From Enoplolaimus lenunculus (taxonomy: Eukaryota), in the NCBI GenBank assembly GCA_030248215.1, contig JASANG010003092.1, forward strand, positions 62,001 to 126,000: DNA of 64,000 nt. The letters are read 5' to 3'. A model generated the notes under the pieces. That model was given only the letters and a program-made list of their open reading frames with translations, had not been told where the DNA came from and did no database searches. Position 1 is the first letter of the stretch, and the number at the start of each line of letters is the position of its first letter. Both the position numbers and the translations under genes were made by a program. Below, piece after piece: positions 26,140 through 43,781 of this stretch.

Positions 26140-27720
26140 CAGGGGCTTTCCCTTTTTCTACGGTGGAAAACTTATGACCAGGAGTAAAGCGCAGTCACTC
26201 GCGTATGACGGTTAGAAATTCTGCTGGTTTGGTAGGAAAAATGACAAGCATAAGTTTGGCTGGGAAAACTGGAAAAGTAGAAAATTCAGACGCCTGAATA
26301 TTCCCTGGTGCGGTAGGAAAAGTTATAGGTTTAGACAAGGTTCGTGAAAGCAGGAAAAGTTAAACGTATAGGTGTTCTCCAGGTCTTGTTTTGTTGGGTA
26401 GGAATGGTTTGGTTGCGTTGTCTGAAAAATTGGGATGTGTGGTTCAACTTGAAGAACGGGATATAAGAAAAGCTGAAAATTCAAGCATAGGTATATGATT
26501 TTTTTGGGTTTGTAGGGAATATTGGAGGTGTAAGCGAGTTTCGGAAAACGCGAATCGCGGAAAAGTTAAACGTATAGGCTTTCTCCAAGTCTCGAAGGGA
26601 AGGAACCGCGTTGTTGGTTAGTCGAGAAAATTGATATGTGCGATTCGGTTTGAAAAACGGGAAAAGTGGATATTCAAGCGTAGGTATATCATGCCTTTTG
26701 ATTAAGAAAAAAAGCCGAAGGACTATCAGAGATTCGGAAACCGGGAAAAGCGGAAATGTTAAACGTATAGGATTTCTCCAGATCTGCTAGATAAGAAACA
26801 GTATGGTTGGCTTGGCTGGAAAATAGAGATGTGTGGTTCGGTTCGGAAAACGGAAAAGGTCGAAAATTCAATTCTAGGTATTGGATTCCTTTTGGTTCGC
26901 AGGGAAAGTTTAGAGGTGTACGCAATGTTCGGAAAACGGGAAAGTAGAAAATTTGAACACTTGCTTTCATGTGGTTGGTAGGGAATGCCTGAAGCGTAGG
27001 TTTTTTTAGAAAACGAGACAACTGGAAGCTTCAAAACGCATGGGTTTTCTATGGTTAGGCAGAAAAATTCTGAAGCGCATAGCTTCTTTGGAAACCGGTA
27101 AAAGTGGAAATTGTGAAACGTTAAGCTTTTCCTTGGTTTGAAAAATTCTGAAGCGTAAGTTTTATTTAGAAAACGGGAGAAGCAGAAAATTAGTGTGTTT
27201 GTTTCTACCACACCCACAGCATTTCTACCCGTCACACAGGAGTGCCTACGCTTTAGATTTTTTCTACCAAACCATGAAAATATAGGCGTTTGAATTTTTC
27301 ACTTTTCCATTTTCCGAACAAAGTTTACGCTTCAAATTTTCCCTACGAAACCTGAGAATATCTAGACGTATGAATTCCGGCGGTTTTGTAGTTTTCCTCC
27401 CATACTCCTGCACGAAGCATTTTATTACTGATACCGCTAAATTTGGAAGGTCGGCAGCCCCCATCCTGTTAGTATCTATTTAAATCGCCGGAGAGTTTTA
27501 CAATTTGTCTTAATATACGTCAATGATTGTGGCGTGGGAAACTTTATTGTATTGAAAAACTAAAAAGGTACCTAAATTCTATACGTTTTAAATTTTCCAC
27601 TTTTTCCGTTTTCCAAACAAAACCTATGCTTCAGGTTATCCCTACCAACCCAGTGAAAATAATAGGTGTTTAAAGTTCCCACTTTTCTTGTTTTCCAAAC
27701 AAAATCAACTTTCAGACTTT
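26140..27720. repeat. Degenerate ~200-bp tandem array followed by inverted copies of its sub-units
   Basis: 'gaaaagttaaacgtatagg..ttctcca' recurs at ~26354, ~26560 and ~26753. The GGAAAA-rich strand switches to TTTTCC-rich after ~27200. Confidence 0.6.
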
Positions 27721-29751
27721 CCTTAACCGGAGCTGAAACCAGAAGCAATAAATTTGTTACCGAAAAATTTATTTTTAACGATATTTTAACGCTTTTGGTG
27801 TAAATAGCCCATTTAGATTGCCAAAATTTTTAAACAAAAGCAGCAGCTGGAAACGTGTGATAAATTATGAAGTTCGGCACAAATTGAAAACTTTGGCAAT
27901 TACACGCTCTCAGACAATTAAAACAATAAGTTAGTATAATATGTAAATCTTTCTTGTAAATTTTTGGAATGAGAAAAATTTTCAATATATACCAAAAACA
28001 GGTGAAAAAATAACAGATTTATTACCGGAACCGGATTGTGAAAAATGCAGCATTTCGTCATTTCGTGATCGGAACCGGAATTACGGTTGTACCTTGTACA
28101 GGGTAACTGCATTTTGCGGTATCGAAATTCAAAACGGTTGACACACACTCGAGTCGCAGCAACTATAGCAAAGTTTAAGTCCAAAAATTTACATTTACTA
28201 CTAAAACAAAAACTGTAAAAAAATCCATTGACGCAGTGTAGTATTTTGATTGTACACGCAATTTTATAACAGACGTTGACAACAAACAAACGTTAAAACT
28301 GACACATTATCTTAACAATTTGGCATTGGTATAGGGGATATTATCTCTCCGAAATTTCCATAAAGACACCGCAAAGCGCACTTTAATAATCTGTATAATA
28401 ACCTGGATTAGAAGCTTTTTCTCGATCACTACGCTCGCTCACTAAACGTCGGTTTAGGCTATATTGTTAGCTCCCAATATGAAATCGTGGCTACGCTACT
28501 GCTTTTAGTACTCAGATTTCACATATTATATATTTACAGTTTCAAAATAATGAAAGATTTAAGTAATGAAAAAACGGTAAATTATACTTATAGTTTGCCT
28601 ACAAGCCGGCTAGGGGCTCAACGCTTGTTACAGCAAGTTTTTTTAAATTAAGACTCTAATTATATGTACAATAGAGTAGTATTTATTTCTGTCATCTCAA
28701 AGTAAAACAGGTCGAAATAAGTTTATATATGCAATCATTCAGAAATAATTGCAAAATTACTTTGGAGCGTCATGGAAGGTAGGTATATACAACCAAGTGA
28801 GATACTGACCGACAAAGCTATTTTAGAAATACGAAAAATTCATTACTGCAAGCTGGAGCAGAATTTTATTAGCACTACAAGCTCCGGCACCTATATAGAA
28901 CAGGGCCGGATCGTTTTCCGGGGGAGCTATAATAGAGTCAGTTTAAGCTTTAGACTAATTTTTTGCTTAAGCTTAGGCTTTGGCTTAGGAATACGCTCAT
29001 TCAAACGCTTAGGCTTATATAAGCGTATAAAAGTAATTGTGATGCAGTGTATTGTGAATTTAGTGCAATGTACACAGACTGCACTGGATTGCTGAGGGTC
29101 ACTGAGGAGGGTTAAGCAAACTGAACTCACGTCAAGAAGTGTGCACAACAAGCTCTTATACACTTCCCCTCATGCTTAAGCTTTGGAAATATTTACCAAT
29201 ACTGCTATCTCTAAGCCTAATCCAAGGTGCAATCAGGTAGTAAATTTTAAATACGCATTATTTTTCAGCCAGCAGAAAATGCAACCGGAATTCCAGTTCC
29301 GCTAGAGGAAGACGGTATTTTCACAATCCGGTTCCGCTGGTAAATCCGGTGTTTTTCACCGGCATTTTCGGTATTAAAAATTTTTCTCATTGGAAAATTT
29401 AAGAAAAATTGGCATAACTTAAATATTTCTCAAGAATTGTTCGAGCATGCATTGCCAAAGCTTTTCCTTGAGATCTTAATGCAACTAAAAACTATTTGGA
29501 AGGAAGTTTACTCGTGCACAAGCGAAACTAATAAGTATGCCAAACAATTATATTACAATAAAAATAAAAGGTTTTGAAATTTCAAATAACGCAACGATCT
29601 AAAAATTAAGGTTTTAACATTTTGAATTTGAAACGAATGCTTCCCCTTAATCTATTATACATCGGCCAGTTTTTCCAACGCTGCAATGGTTCCGTGCAGA
29701 GACGTAAAATACACTGCCCTACAACACGTAATTAGTTGGCATCTTTATGGA

Positions 29752-30079
29752 CAGGGTGCAACCGGAATTCCGGTTCCGGTGGGGAAATCCAATATTTTTC
29801 ACTATCCGGTTCCGGTAATGAATCCGGAATTTTTTCACCAGAATTTTCCGGTATTTTCGATATAGAAAATTTTTCTCATTTGAAAATTTAAGAAAAAATG
29901 GCATATGCTCCATAATTTATCATGTTTCCATCTATTAAATCTGTTTCAGGATTTTAGCATTCTAAATGGTGTGTTTTTGGAGCATTAAAAACGAGAAAAT
30001 AGCGTTAATAATAAAATTTTCGATAACCAGTAGCTTCTATTTTCCGGTTCCGGTATTTTATAATTGCGGTTGCGCCCTG
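29752..30079. mobile_element. hAT-like MITE (family C) rich in ACCGGAA/TTCCGGT
   Basis: Ends cagggtgcaaccgg...cggttgcgccctg; inverted copy of 37230-37614. Related relics at ~27750-28100, 29270-29420, 31050-31470 and 35160-35660. Confidence 0.8.
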
Positions 30080-31691
30080 AACAGAACTGATAATTGAGGC
30101 ACGCAAATATTCATCGTGCTTTCTACACTTTGAAAAAATATAACGCATTCACCGAAATTTTTACGATTTTGGAACAACTTTGCGGACACCAATTTTCACC
30201 GGAAACGGATAGGTACCCGGTTTACACCTTGAACCTGAGCTTATAGTATAGCGTAGAACTAAACCCAAGCAAAAATTTATCTATAAAGCTGAAACTTACT
30301 CTAGGGGCCATCCAAGCGTTTGCCGAAGCCTTGACCTAAAGCATTAATGTAAATTGCGGGGTATAACAGGTCTATTTCCGGCTTCGGTACATTCTGCCAG
30401 AGGTACCGGCAAATTTAGTAGTGAAATTTTATGTAGTTTTACTTAACCTATTTGGTGCTTTCTTTTAGCCTTTAAGCGAAAATGAAACACTAAACAAATA
30501 AACTTTGCAAAAAACTATTCCAAATTTTACAACCCGTTTCCGGAACCTCCATCAGAAACTCATCCGGAGCCCTAGTTGTACTCTGACATTGTATTGAAAC
30601 TGGAGAAAAAATAGTGGATACACCAATTTTCCAAAATTTTAGATGAAGTCCGTGATTTTTATTTCATATGTAAACAACTACAGCATATCTGTAACGCAAG
30701 ATTGAGATGCTCGAATAAACAAAAATTTATATCCTTTACTTGACGATATCTCAGAATTCAAACGAAAATGTGGCAAAACATAGCAAACAATGTTTATTAA
30801 AAGCATTTGCACCTGAACACAATGCTTGGAACAATCGTTCGCGTTGTCAACAATCCCAACCTTATTGCACGCAATAAGCATAGCAATTTCGATTTATCAA
30901 AATGTGAGCTAGAGTAATAAAAGAACTTAAAAAATTACTAAACTGGAAAATATTACGCAAAAAAGTTAGTCTAAAGCTTAAACTCATTCTATTCTAGTCA
31001 AACAGAAAAACATTCCCTTAGATATACATTATCCCTGTAACAGTATATGCATATTCCAGGGTACAAAACGAAACTGGATTATCCGGCATCGGAATCAGAA
31101 CAGCAAATTTATACCGGAATCGGAGCTACAAATTTTGTGACTATACGGATAATTTGTATTAAGTATAATATTGATTTAGGGTGTCTGTTGGCCGACAACA
31201 ATTCTGGAAAACGTCGCATGAACAAATTGGCAATCATTTTTTGGCTCTATAAACTAAACTACAATCAGTTATTGATAAGTTAACTCATCGAAAGAATTTA
31301 ATAGACAAATGGTGCAGAATTTTTATACAACATATCACAACAAGCAGGCCTAAAATTAAAATGTGGAAATTCTGATTTCAAGTGATTGTGAAATCGGAAT
31401 CGGAACTCGTTTTGAATCGGAATTGTAATGGGAATCGGAATTCCGATGGCATCCTGGTATATTCCAAAGCATAAGCCCAAGACTCAGCGTAAGGATAAGC
31501 CTATAGCTTAAGCTTACACTGTTGAGTCCAGCGAAAAAACGGTTCACCCTTATATATACATGGGCCGAATCACAATCGTATAAACAAGAATAACTCAAAA
31601 TACAAAGTTGTAAAACATTCAGTCACAAAGCAACGGGTCTTGAAGGTTTGTTTCCTACGTCAAATCCCACCACGTTGCTGTACCAGAAGTA

Positions 31692-35044
<3,353 letters not shown>

Positions 35045-36005
35045 GATTACAATTATTCAATCAACTACCTGCTTAATCAAGATTATATATTAACTTATTA
35101 TAAGCCACCAACGGGCATAAATAACACTTTCACCCTGCAATCAAATAGGTAGAATCTAGGTGTATTCGTATTCGAGTGAAACCGGAACTACAATGTACCG
35201 GGACCGGAATTTTAAAAAATTACCGGAAACGGAACTTGAAAATGAAAAATACATGCCACCAAAAATTCATTTTAATTTTCTGTTTTCAAAATATTATTGA
35301 TGAAATAACTCTGGTTAAAGATAGATATTCACTTTATCTGCTGTATTTTAGATTTTCACAATCCACGGAAGCGCTACTACCTTCGATGGTTTATTTCGGT
35401 CGATTGTCAAGGTTTATATATGCTATACGAATGAAATTATTTAATTTTTATCGTCATTTAGTAAAATGTCTTAATTTCCACCGACCAAAATTAATGCCGG
35501 AAATTTTATTTACCAGTACCGGAAGGTCCAAAAATTCCGAAATTGGAATTCTGGTTGCATCCTGACGTATATATACTAATACTGAAGCCTAAAACAAAGA
35601 TGACACCGTAGCATTCTGAATTTCCAGTTTCGATTCCGGTATAATTGAATACCCGAATAAATAGCGCAAACATACGAAAATCAAAACGTAATGCACATTG
35701 CATAGGCACTAAACACTACACAGCCTAGTGCACTGGTAAAAAAACAACGGATGTAACAGCTAAAACAAGCACTTGAAGCAGTGCCGCAAAAACTCAGCTA
35801 ACAAAAGTGTTGGCCCACGCAGGCAAAAGCAGCTGGTTCGAAAGCAGCCGTGACCAACTGTTTCATCTACTGCACACTAACATATGAAATACATTGCTCG
35901 TTAGACCGCGCAAACTTACACCGTTCTGCGCCCTGCTCTGTGTGAAAAGTCAGGTACGCTAGGGAAAATTTTTAGTTCTGAGTGCTTAGCATCTGAAAAT
36001 GAGGG

Positions 36006-36077
36006 ACATTCCCATGAGGTTTCGTACTCGGTCCACAGATTATCAGTCGAGTGCGCTAGCCACTGCGCCACGCCGCC
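36006..36077 (-). pseudogene. tRNA-like relic (tRNA pseudogene or SINE head; GAT at the anticodon position)
   Basis: The minus strand reads GGCGGCGTGGCGCAGTGGCTAGCGCACTCGACTGATAATCTGTGGACCGAGTACGAAACC. It has an intact A-box/D-arm, a CT-GAT-AA loop, a degenerate B-box, and broken anticodon and acceptor stems. Confidence 0.55.
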
Positions 36078-37229
36078 TCACAACCAATTGCCAAGTGTTT
36101 CTGTTTTATTATACCTTTCAAGAAACTCAACCTACGTACACATGTATTTTGGCCCTTCCATGTTTTTACTGCTGCTGCATATAAAGGCACTACATATGCA
36201 GCAGTGAGTTACCGATATACAACCTAAGCACGAGGTTATTACTTGTCTCCATGCATCCGAATGTCACTTTGTTCTGTACATTTTAATTTTAAAACTTCTA
36301 GTCGCTCATGTACAATCATATTCCAGGTGATATAGACCACAAAAACAGGTGAATAGGGTCAAAACGTAACAACTCCAGCGACATTTCGTGCTATTCTTCA
36401 TCACCTGATTGCGATTTTAATACAGTCATCATCGAATCTTTTCGTTAGTAACAGTTTTAGCTAATTTTACTAGCTAAAAGACCACTGTGTTAGTAGCCGC
36501 CACCAATATACAAAATTTCGCATAAAAACGGGCATATCAGGCTAAAATTATAACTTTTGCACCTGTCTCAATGCAAGATGGGCAGTCGGCAATTTTGAAA
36601 CCTTAAATTTAGCACGTTTTGAGATATGCTAAATACTTGTTGGAAGCAATTTTGTCCACTGAAAACTACAATATTAGAATATTTCGAACACATTAAACGT
36701 CGTTATAATGCTAATAATTTTTGTTTGGTACAATTAATCAAAGGACTGGCCCCGCAAGCCGAAGCCAAGCCTAAGCGCTAAGAAGTCAGCCTAAAAGCAA
36801 TAAGTTCGTCCAAAATCTATGCCTACAACCCTTAAACTGTGCCACAGCTTGCATAGAAAATCAAGTTTCTCAATCTTTTGGTAGGAACGGTAAAAAATTT
36901 CATCACACTGATGTTTCCCCGTGTTCCTTAATGCAGTATTGCCTGGTCACTGCAATAATTTCGTAGGCTAAACGTCGGACAGAATACGCTCGAGAATTGG
37001 GGGTTACTTGTGATAAACCTTGTATAAATAACAGAGTATGAGAACTTCCAGTAAAGATTACCGCAGCTTTATGGCAGATAAATAAAATTTTGTAAATTTG
37101 GACAGTTGTGCCTTTAAAACATTTCATATTTATTGTTTCGGTATCTCTGGGAACTGTAAGATACCTAAGCCTAAAATTTATGCCTAAAGCAAACAAACGT
37201 CTAAAAGGCCTGTAAGCATATTCCATAAG

Positions 37230-37614
37230 CAGGGTGCAACCGGAATTACAAAATACCGGAACTGGAACCAGAACCCGAAAGTTAAAAAATTGCAGGAGCC
37301 GGAACCAGAAAATAAAAAATATATACTTGTTAGCGAAAAATTATTTTTAATGCTGTTTTATCGCTTTTAATGCTGTAAACAGTGTAAACACACAATTTAG
37401 AATGCCAAAATTTTGAAACAAATGCAGTAGGTGGAAACATATGATAAAATTATGAAGCATATGCCGATTTTTCTTAAATTTTCAAATGAGAAAGATTTTA
37501 TATATCGAAAATACCGGAAAAATTCCGGTGAAAAAAATCCGGATTCATTACCAGAACCGGATAGTGAAAAATATTGGATTTCCCTACCAGAACCGGAATT
37601 CCGGTTGCACTCTG
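37230..37614. mobile_element. hAT-like MITE (family C) with an 8-bp TSD
   Basis: Ends cagggtgcaaccgg...ccggttgcactctg; flanks tccataag / tccataaa (7 of 8 match). Confidence 0.8.
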
Positions 37615-38325
37615 TCCATAAAGATGCCAACTAATTTATTACGTGTTGTAGGGCAGTGTATTTTACGTCTCCGCACGAAACCATTACAGCGTTGGAAAAA
37701 CTGGCCGATGTATAATAGATCAGAGGAATCATTCGTTTTAAATTCAAAACGTTAAAGCTTAATTTTTTTCGTCGTGGCGTTACTTGAAATATCAAAACGT
37801 TTTATTTTCACTGTACGTGATATAATTGTTTGGCACTTATTGGTTTCGCCCTTACACAAGTAAACTTCGTTCCAAATAGTTTTTATACTTGCATTAACCC
37901 TTTCTCACATGAATATTTTCTATTTCCCCTGAGACCTACTTTTATGCTAGGATTCGAACTCCATGCGTATACCATCACCATTCAGCTATTGGAGCTTGAC
38001 GCTCGAGCGCGAGGGGGCTCTCACGTCTTGTGGTAATTTAGTACAATGTATACGTGTTGCAATTGTTAAACACGGTGCGATATATATTATTTAACGTATA
38101 CACAATGCACTGAGTTCAAGCAACTAAAAGGAAATCAAAAAAAAACTGCCCCCCCAAACTCCACCCCAAAAAAAACACCCCTACTACACCAGTCTATACT
38201 GTGTTGTTCTATTTTCGAACGTTGTAAAACCATTGATCTTTTGATTGTATTGCCTAGAGTAAGCAAATAATTCACTCATGGACTGCATAGTATTGTTCCT
38301 CATGTAAAAGAACAACAACTATATA

Positions 38326-38542
38326 CACTAAAAAATGGTGAGTCAGACTGACTCTCTCTGAAATAGGCTTCGCCTGACTACACAACTGAGTCAAATTCGA
38401 CTCCGCCAGAGTTAAATTCGACTCACTGAGCGATTCAGTGAATCGAATTTGTCTCTGGCGGAGTCGAATTTTGACTCTGTTTGTGTAGCCAGGGAAAGTC
38501 TATGTCGGAGAGAGTCAATTTGACTCAACATTTTTTGCAGTG
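38326..38542. mobile_element. CACT-ended palindromic MITE (family A, copy 3)
   Basis: cactaaaaaatggtgagtca...tgactcaacattttttgcagtg; TA flanks. Confidence 0.8.
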
Positions 38543-40279
38543 TACACACACTCTTCTCTGTCTGCAGAAGAATTTATTCGATTATACGGAAATTTAGGCT
38601 TTCGTTTGAAATTCAGTAAATCGAAGATTAGCAACGCTTTTATTTTTCGCGACTTCGCCTCAGCAATGTCGTGTTTAGATGGTTGTTCGCTCAATTTTTG
38701 ATTTGCTTATGCATTATGTACGACGTAAATTTTATGTTGGTTATAATGCGTCAATGTGTTATCGCAATATATTAATATCAAAACAGAGTTTCTTAAAATG
38801 TAAATAAAGGCATCTCTACAATACATAGGAAAGTAAGTGCAAAACATTAAACATGGTTAGTGAATGAATAGCTTAAGAATGCACGGGTAAAGTTAGTTTT
38901 AAAGTGTTGTTAGAATAAACATAATTTGTGGACGTAGATGTTGAAGAACCATGTTTTGAATCGGATTGGCGGAACGTCTTACACAATGCGTACAAATAGC
39001 CTGCGTTTAATGGCAAGTTCTTTATATCTAGCACTAAATGTGTTTTGCGAGAAATTTCACTTGTTGAGTTAACTTTTGGAGAACATGTAAACGTCACGTT
39101 CATTTTCCCAAAAGCAATATGCATATAATTTTCATGTATTAAAACTCAATATTTGCGCAATTGTTAAAGTTGATTTTTAAACCAATGACTGTTCATTTTA
39201 GGTGCTTGCAAGGATGAGCCTATTTTCTTGCAGTATATATACACAGATTACTATAATTTATAAGAGTGACAGCTAAAATGTATTTGAGCTTCTAAAACCT
39301 TACTGTGAGTTTTTGCAATTTAGTACAGGAGGACTTAATTTTGCGTCTTTATTCGGGTCACTACAGAATTAACAAAACGTGCAAATAATAACAGCTTTAC
39401 AACAATGTTTTACATATTTGTACAAGTTTACTAAATTATATTAAGCACAGATAATAATAAATATTCCCTGAGTATTCACAAATATGTACATTACATTTTT
39501 ATTAAGTACACTTCGCCAAAAGTTTCAAGCATTTCCACCTGGATTTCGCTAAAACGTTGAACGTTTAGCCCTTCCTCATACAGAGTATAATACTCTGAGC
39601 AACAGTGGGCTAAACTCTATAAGCGAAATAATACCCATACTTCAATTTACAGGTTGAAATCAATGTCGGAATGGGTTAATCACTTGTTCCTCGACGCCCT
39701 CATTGCAGGAGCGTCCGCAGAAAACTGTGTTTGGCGGGCACCGAATCATTTTGTTACGCCCCTACAATTTCAACTTGAAATTGTTGACAGTTACCCAGTC
39801 AATTTGGGGGGCATCAGCCAAATTTGGGCGGCGCGACCCCCCAATACCCTCCGTGGTGACGCCCGTGCATCATGGCTTCAACTAGGAGAACAAGTTGGTG
39901 CGTGACTTTGCTTCTACGAGCAGCTTTGCCCTCCGTGGTAGAAAGTAATAGCATTAACGCAATACTTTTTTAGAAAAATTTTCTTTACCACACTAGAAAT
40001 TCTTAGCCCTGTCTGCCAACAATTCCTGAATGCGAAGTTGAACGTTCTAAGAGGTAGGTACTTGTTTCAAACGAGGCAACCGCTTAGATTGCTGTTATTT
40101 TAAAGTCTACAGTTAGGCTTATAGGCCAGACAGCTAAGTCATTAGTTTTAAGCTAAAGTCAAGCCTAAGGCTAAGCCTAAGCCTCAATCTGTTTGATTTA
40201 ATAACCGTTTGGGAAACTTTTTGTGGCAGGAAAGTAACCAAGAACCCTCATCATAACAGTCAAGCTTTGCGCCTGCGGT

Positions 40280-43200
40280 TTATATTTTGATTTCACCAGG
40301 CAACTGTTCAAATATAGCGACGTCTGGTGAAAGTTGAGTTTTCAGTAATGACAAAAATGGTCCTATTTCACGAACTGAAAATCCTTTGCGTGTCCGATGC
40401 GCTCCGACGTCCAAAACAACGTTGGTGTTCAAATTTTGAAATTCGCTAAAAATAAAATTTTCAAATCTGTGCCTCGTTACCAAAAAATAGATGGCCTCGT
40501 TCAGCTTCGTTTTTATACCAATAGCTTAGGCGTAAAAATCAGGTTTATGTTAAAGGTTACGTACGTATCGTCGTTAATTAGGTTCAATCTTGACTTTTAG
40601 TTTAATGCTATGGTATTAGCCTTATACGTAAGATCGGGTTTTATATTTTAGGATTGGTCTGACGACCACTAATATTACGTTAGACGTGGTAGTAGATTTA
40701 GGCATAAAAACTAGTTTCAGGTTTAGCCAAGGATATTTTAGCTTAAGCATAGTGTAGAGGATGTAGACTTTGGCTTCCGTTTAACTATAAAGGCCAATAA
40801 AACTAAATTTTCGTGTTGGAATCTGTTACATTTAATGCAAAAATGTGCTAACTTAATGCGCACTATGCTCGCAAGGTCCTCAAACATTATTCTGTTTTAT
40901 TTCAATCCTTGAAAAATTATGGAACTCTAAAAGATTTTCAACCTTGCTTGTAAGTCATTGAATACCTTTATATGCCCCTCCTGTAAGTTTTTATCCCCCT
41001 AGTTAAGTGAGCTGGCTACGGGCTTGTTTCAATTCTATGTTAGCCAACCAAAGATCGCATTTTTTGTCATATTTGATAGCCTCTTTGTTTGGGAGTAGTT
41101 ACTGTGCACCTGTTTGACGCCGATATAAAAATTATTCCCCCATTCCTATCTGTGGTTCGTTGTTTGCATAGCCACAAGGGCTCAAAAACTAAAATTTCCT
41201 AGTTAACTAGCAGTTATAACAGTGTACAAAAATATCGCTTTACCGTCTCCAGTTTAAGGCCCACCAAACCGTTCCGTGATATGTGCATCCCCATGTCGTT
41301 GAGTTCATCAATGAATCAGGTTCACCTTGTTGCTTGAAAAATACCAATTTTATCTGAAATTTTAATAAAAGACTGTCAATTGAAAATTTTTTCATTAACT
41401 TTTTCTCACATGAATATTTTATATAACATCTGAAATATAATTTTAAGCTCAAATTCGAGGTACTTATTTACTCCTCTAAAAAGTTTCTGCCCACACCACA
41501 CGCATAAAGATTGAATTAATACAGTAAACTGAGTGATAGGCTTAGGTTACTGAGGTATAAGAGCTTGATATTCAAGTTCAATTTGTTTATAAATTTAAAA
41601 ATGATGGAAGAAAATAAATTTCGTTGGCAGTCAAGGAAGTCTAAAAAATATATAAACAACGTTTTGTGAAAGTCATATGCTAATATTTGTATAACTTTGG
41701 ATTGATTAAGGGCTTCAATGCAAAACCGATTTCTCAAGAAAGCTATAATTATTAGCTAGCGCTGTTTTGAGGGTATATAACTACAAGTGGTTATCACAAA
41801 GACACAACCTGCTTTCAAGTAAAAACTTAACAAACTATGATGATTCTCATACTTCATGTAGCTCTTGTACACTTTCACCAACAGGCTTAAGCACATGTTT
41901 AGGTTTAGGAATAGGCATACTTAATCCTTTAGCTAAGTGTAAGCGTTAGCATTTAGTATTAAGCATAATTGCGGAGTAAAGTGTACAAAAGCCGTGCAAC
42001 TAATTACGGATCCGTTTCTCACAATCCAAGCTTACATCTTTTAACCATATCTTGCGTGAATTCAGGAAAGGAAAGTAAAATGTTTTAATGGTAAGACGGC
42101 CAGGGAGCAGCCGGACAAAGCGATCTTCGTACAGAACGTTTCCGCCGGAATAGTAATGTTGCCTAAAATTTATAATGGAGCTAAGCTACACCAGATTTTT
42201 ATAGCAGCAAATGAATAAATATTAGAAACCGTGTCAAAAAATAAAACCCATTTCGAGTTCCGTAAAAAGTGTTTACATTGATGCTAAGATGACATTTTAG
42301 CAAACGTCAAAAGGCAGTTTTCAAAGCATACAGCAGCCAAGATGCGACAGCATTTCAGGTTTAGAAAACTATCTGTTTACCCAAAATGTAACACTTACGT
42401 TGGACACGCTACAGCGGTGAATTCGTCGACAAGAACACAATTATCACACGACTGCGTAAGCTTTTTGCTTGCCAGCCCTGATGCTTCTGATTCAGCATAC
42501 GATAGCTGAAACCATTTATTTATTACCAATCAGTGGTCGTACACAGAAATTTTAGATTAGTGGAAACCGGAAGCATAGACGGCAAAAAGATTGCATTCTA
42601 AACCAATATCGACAAATCGTTACCGATTATTCATACGGTTATGCCGCTAAGTATAAGACGCATTTTAATATGCTTTGAGTGGCACCGAACTCTTTCTGAC
42701 CTTTTCTGCTTGATATGATCCTGTGAACCAAGCTACTAACAAATGGATGGAACGATAGTTTATACGAATTGTGAATGTCAACAAAAGCATCGAAACGTAG
42801 GATTTTTGGCGAAATATTATTTTAAAGCAAACCTTCAAGCTAACGATTAAGCATGAAGAGATCATCTTAACACTTGTGATCGTGTGAAAACAATAAGCTT
42901 TTTCTAGCGCTTTTCGGCTACAGGCCTCCTCTAAACGTGACTACAAAGCACGAGTCGTTTTAAACTGAAAATCATACCTGATCAACGTTAGTTGCACGAT
43001 CTTTCGGTCTACGCTCGCTCCACGGTACGTAAACTTCGTTATCAGCTGAAACCATAACGCCTCCAGTTGAATAACCATCGGTCGATCCGAGCACGTTTTC
43101 GCGTTCAGTTCCGCTTACGTTACTGAAACCAAACGCTAAACATTCAGCGGCGGATCCGGAAATTTTTGACTGCAGGCCAACGCAAATATATAGTGAAAAC

Positions 43201-43781
43201 CTAGCGAACAAAGCGACATGGAAACCAATCGCAAGTTTAGTTAAATTTTGAAACAAAATTTTGGTTTTGATCCTTGTTGAGGGGCCGTAGCTAAGAGGGC
43301 TCAGCACCCATGGAAAAATTTTGGCCCCCTATAAAAATTTGAACCTTCCTTTTAACTCATTCAAAACCCGTGAATGCCCCTCCTGAAAGTTTTTACCCCC
43401 CCCCCCCAGCAAGGTGAGCTGGCTACGGGCCTGCGTTGTTGAGGGTTTAGGCCAGTATGGCTCCGGTTTTGAATCTGAAAGCGGTAAAATTAGTCGCATG
43501 CATCAGATGCAAACGAAACCGGGAATTAATCCTTATAATAAAAATTGTCAAATTTTATATATAATTTATGAAATCGTTTACTATGCTTCGAAAGCGAAAC
43601 CTAAGTTCGGCACACGAACAGCTAATTTCATTAATCATCAACGCTTAATTTAGGCTTGCAATTATATTCGAAGTTTAAATATACAATTATGATTATGCTT
43701 TGATATTCAAATGCCGGAACAAAAGTAAACATACATATTGTACCTGTCAATATCATCAGGAACCACGGTGACGTCACGCAT
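40280..43781 (-). CDS. Uncharacterised 230-aa protein with a C-terminal probable PH-like domain
   Basis: Phase-consistent exons 43781-43744, 43122-42978, 42505-42399, 42162-42036, 41353-41244, 40445-40280. C-terminal motif chain: LYEDRFVRLLPGRLTIKTFYFPF...KIWLKDIK...TWGCTYHGTVWWALNWRR...NVVLDVG...RKGFSVREIGPF. The last three exons are well supported; the 5' exons and start codon are less certain. Confidence 0.75.
43280..43433. mobile_element. Short hAT-like MITE (family H; relics at ~24210-24303, ~40970-41025, 48370-48420, 54443-54600)
   Basis: Ends ggggccgtagc...gctacgggcctg, internal poly-C tracts, and ccttgttg/cgttgttg flanks. Confidence 0.6.

Noticed and set aside
26689..27235. Overlapping 110-aa and 158-aa ORFs
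   Set aside because: They lie within the degenerate tandem array, have Phe/Ser/Pro-biased composition, and contain no domain.
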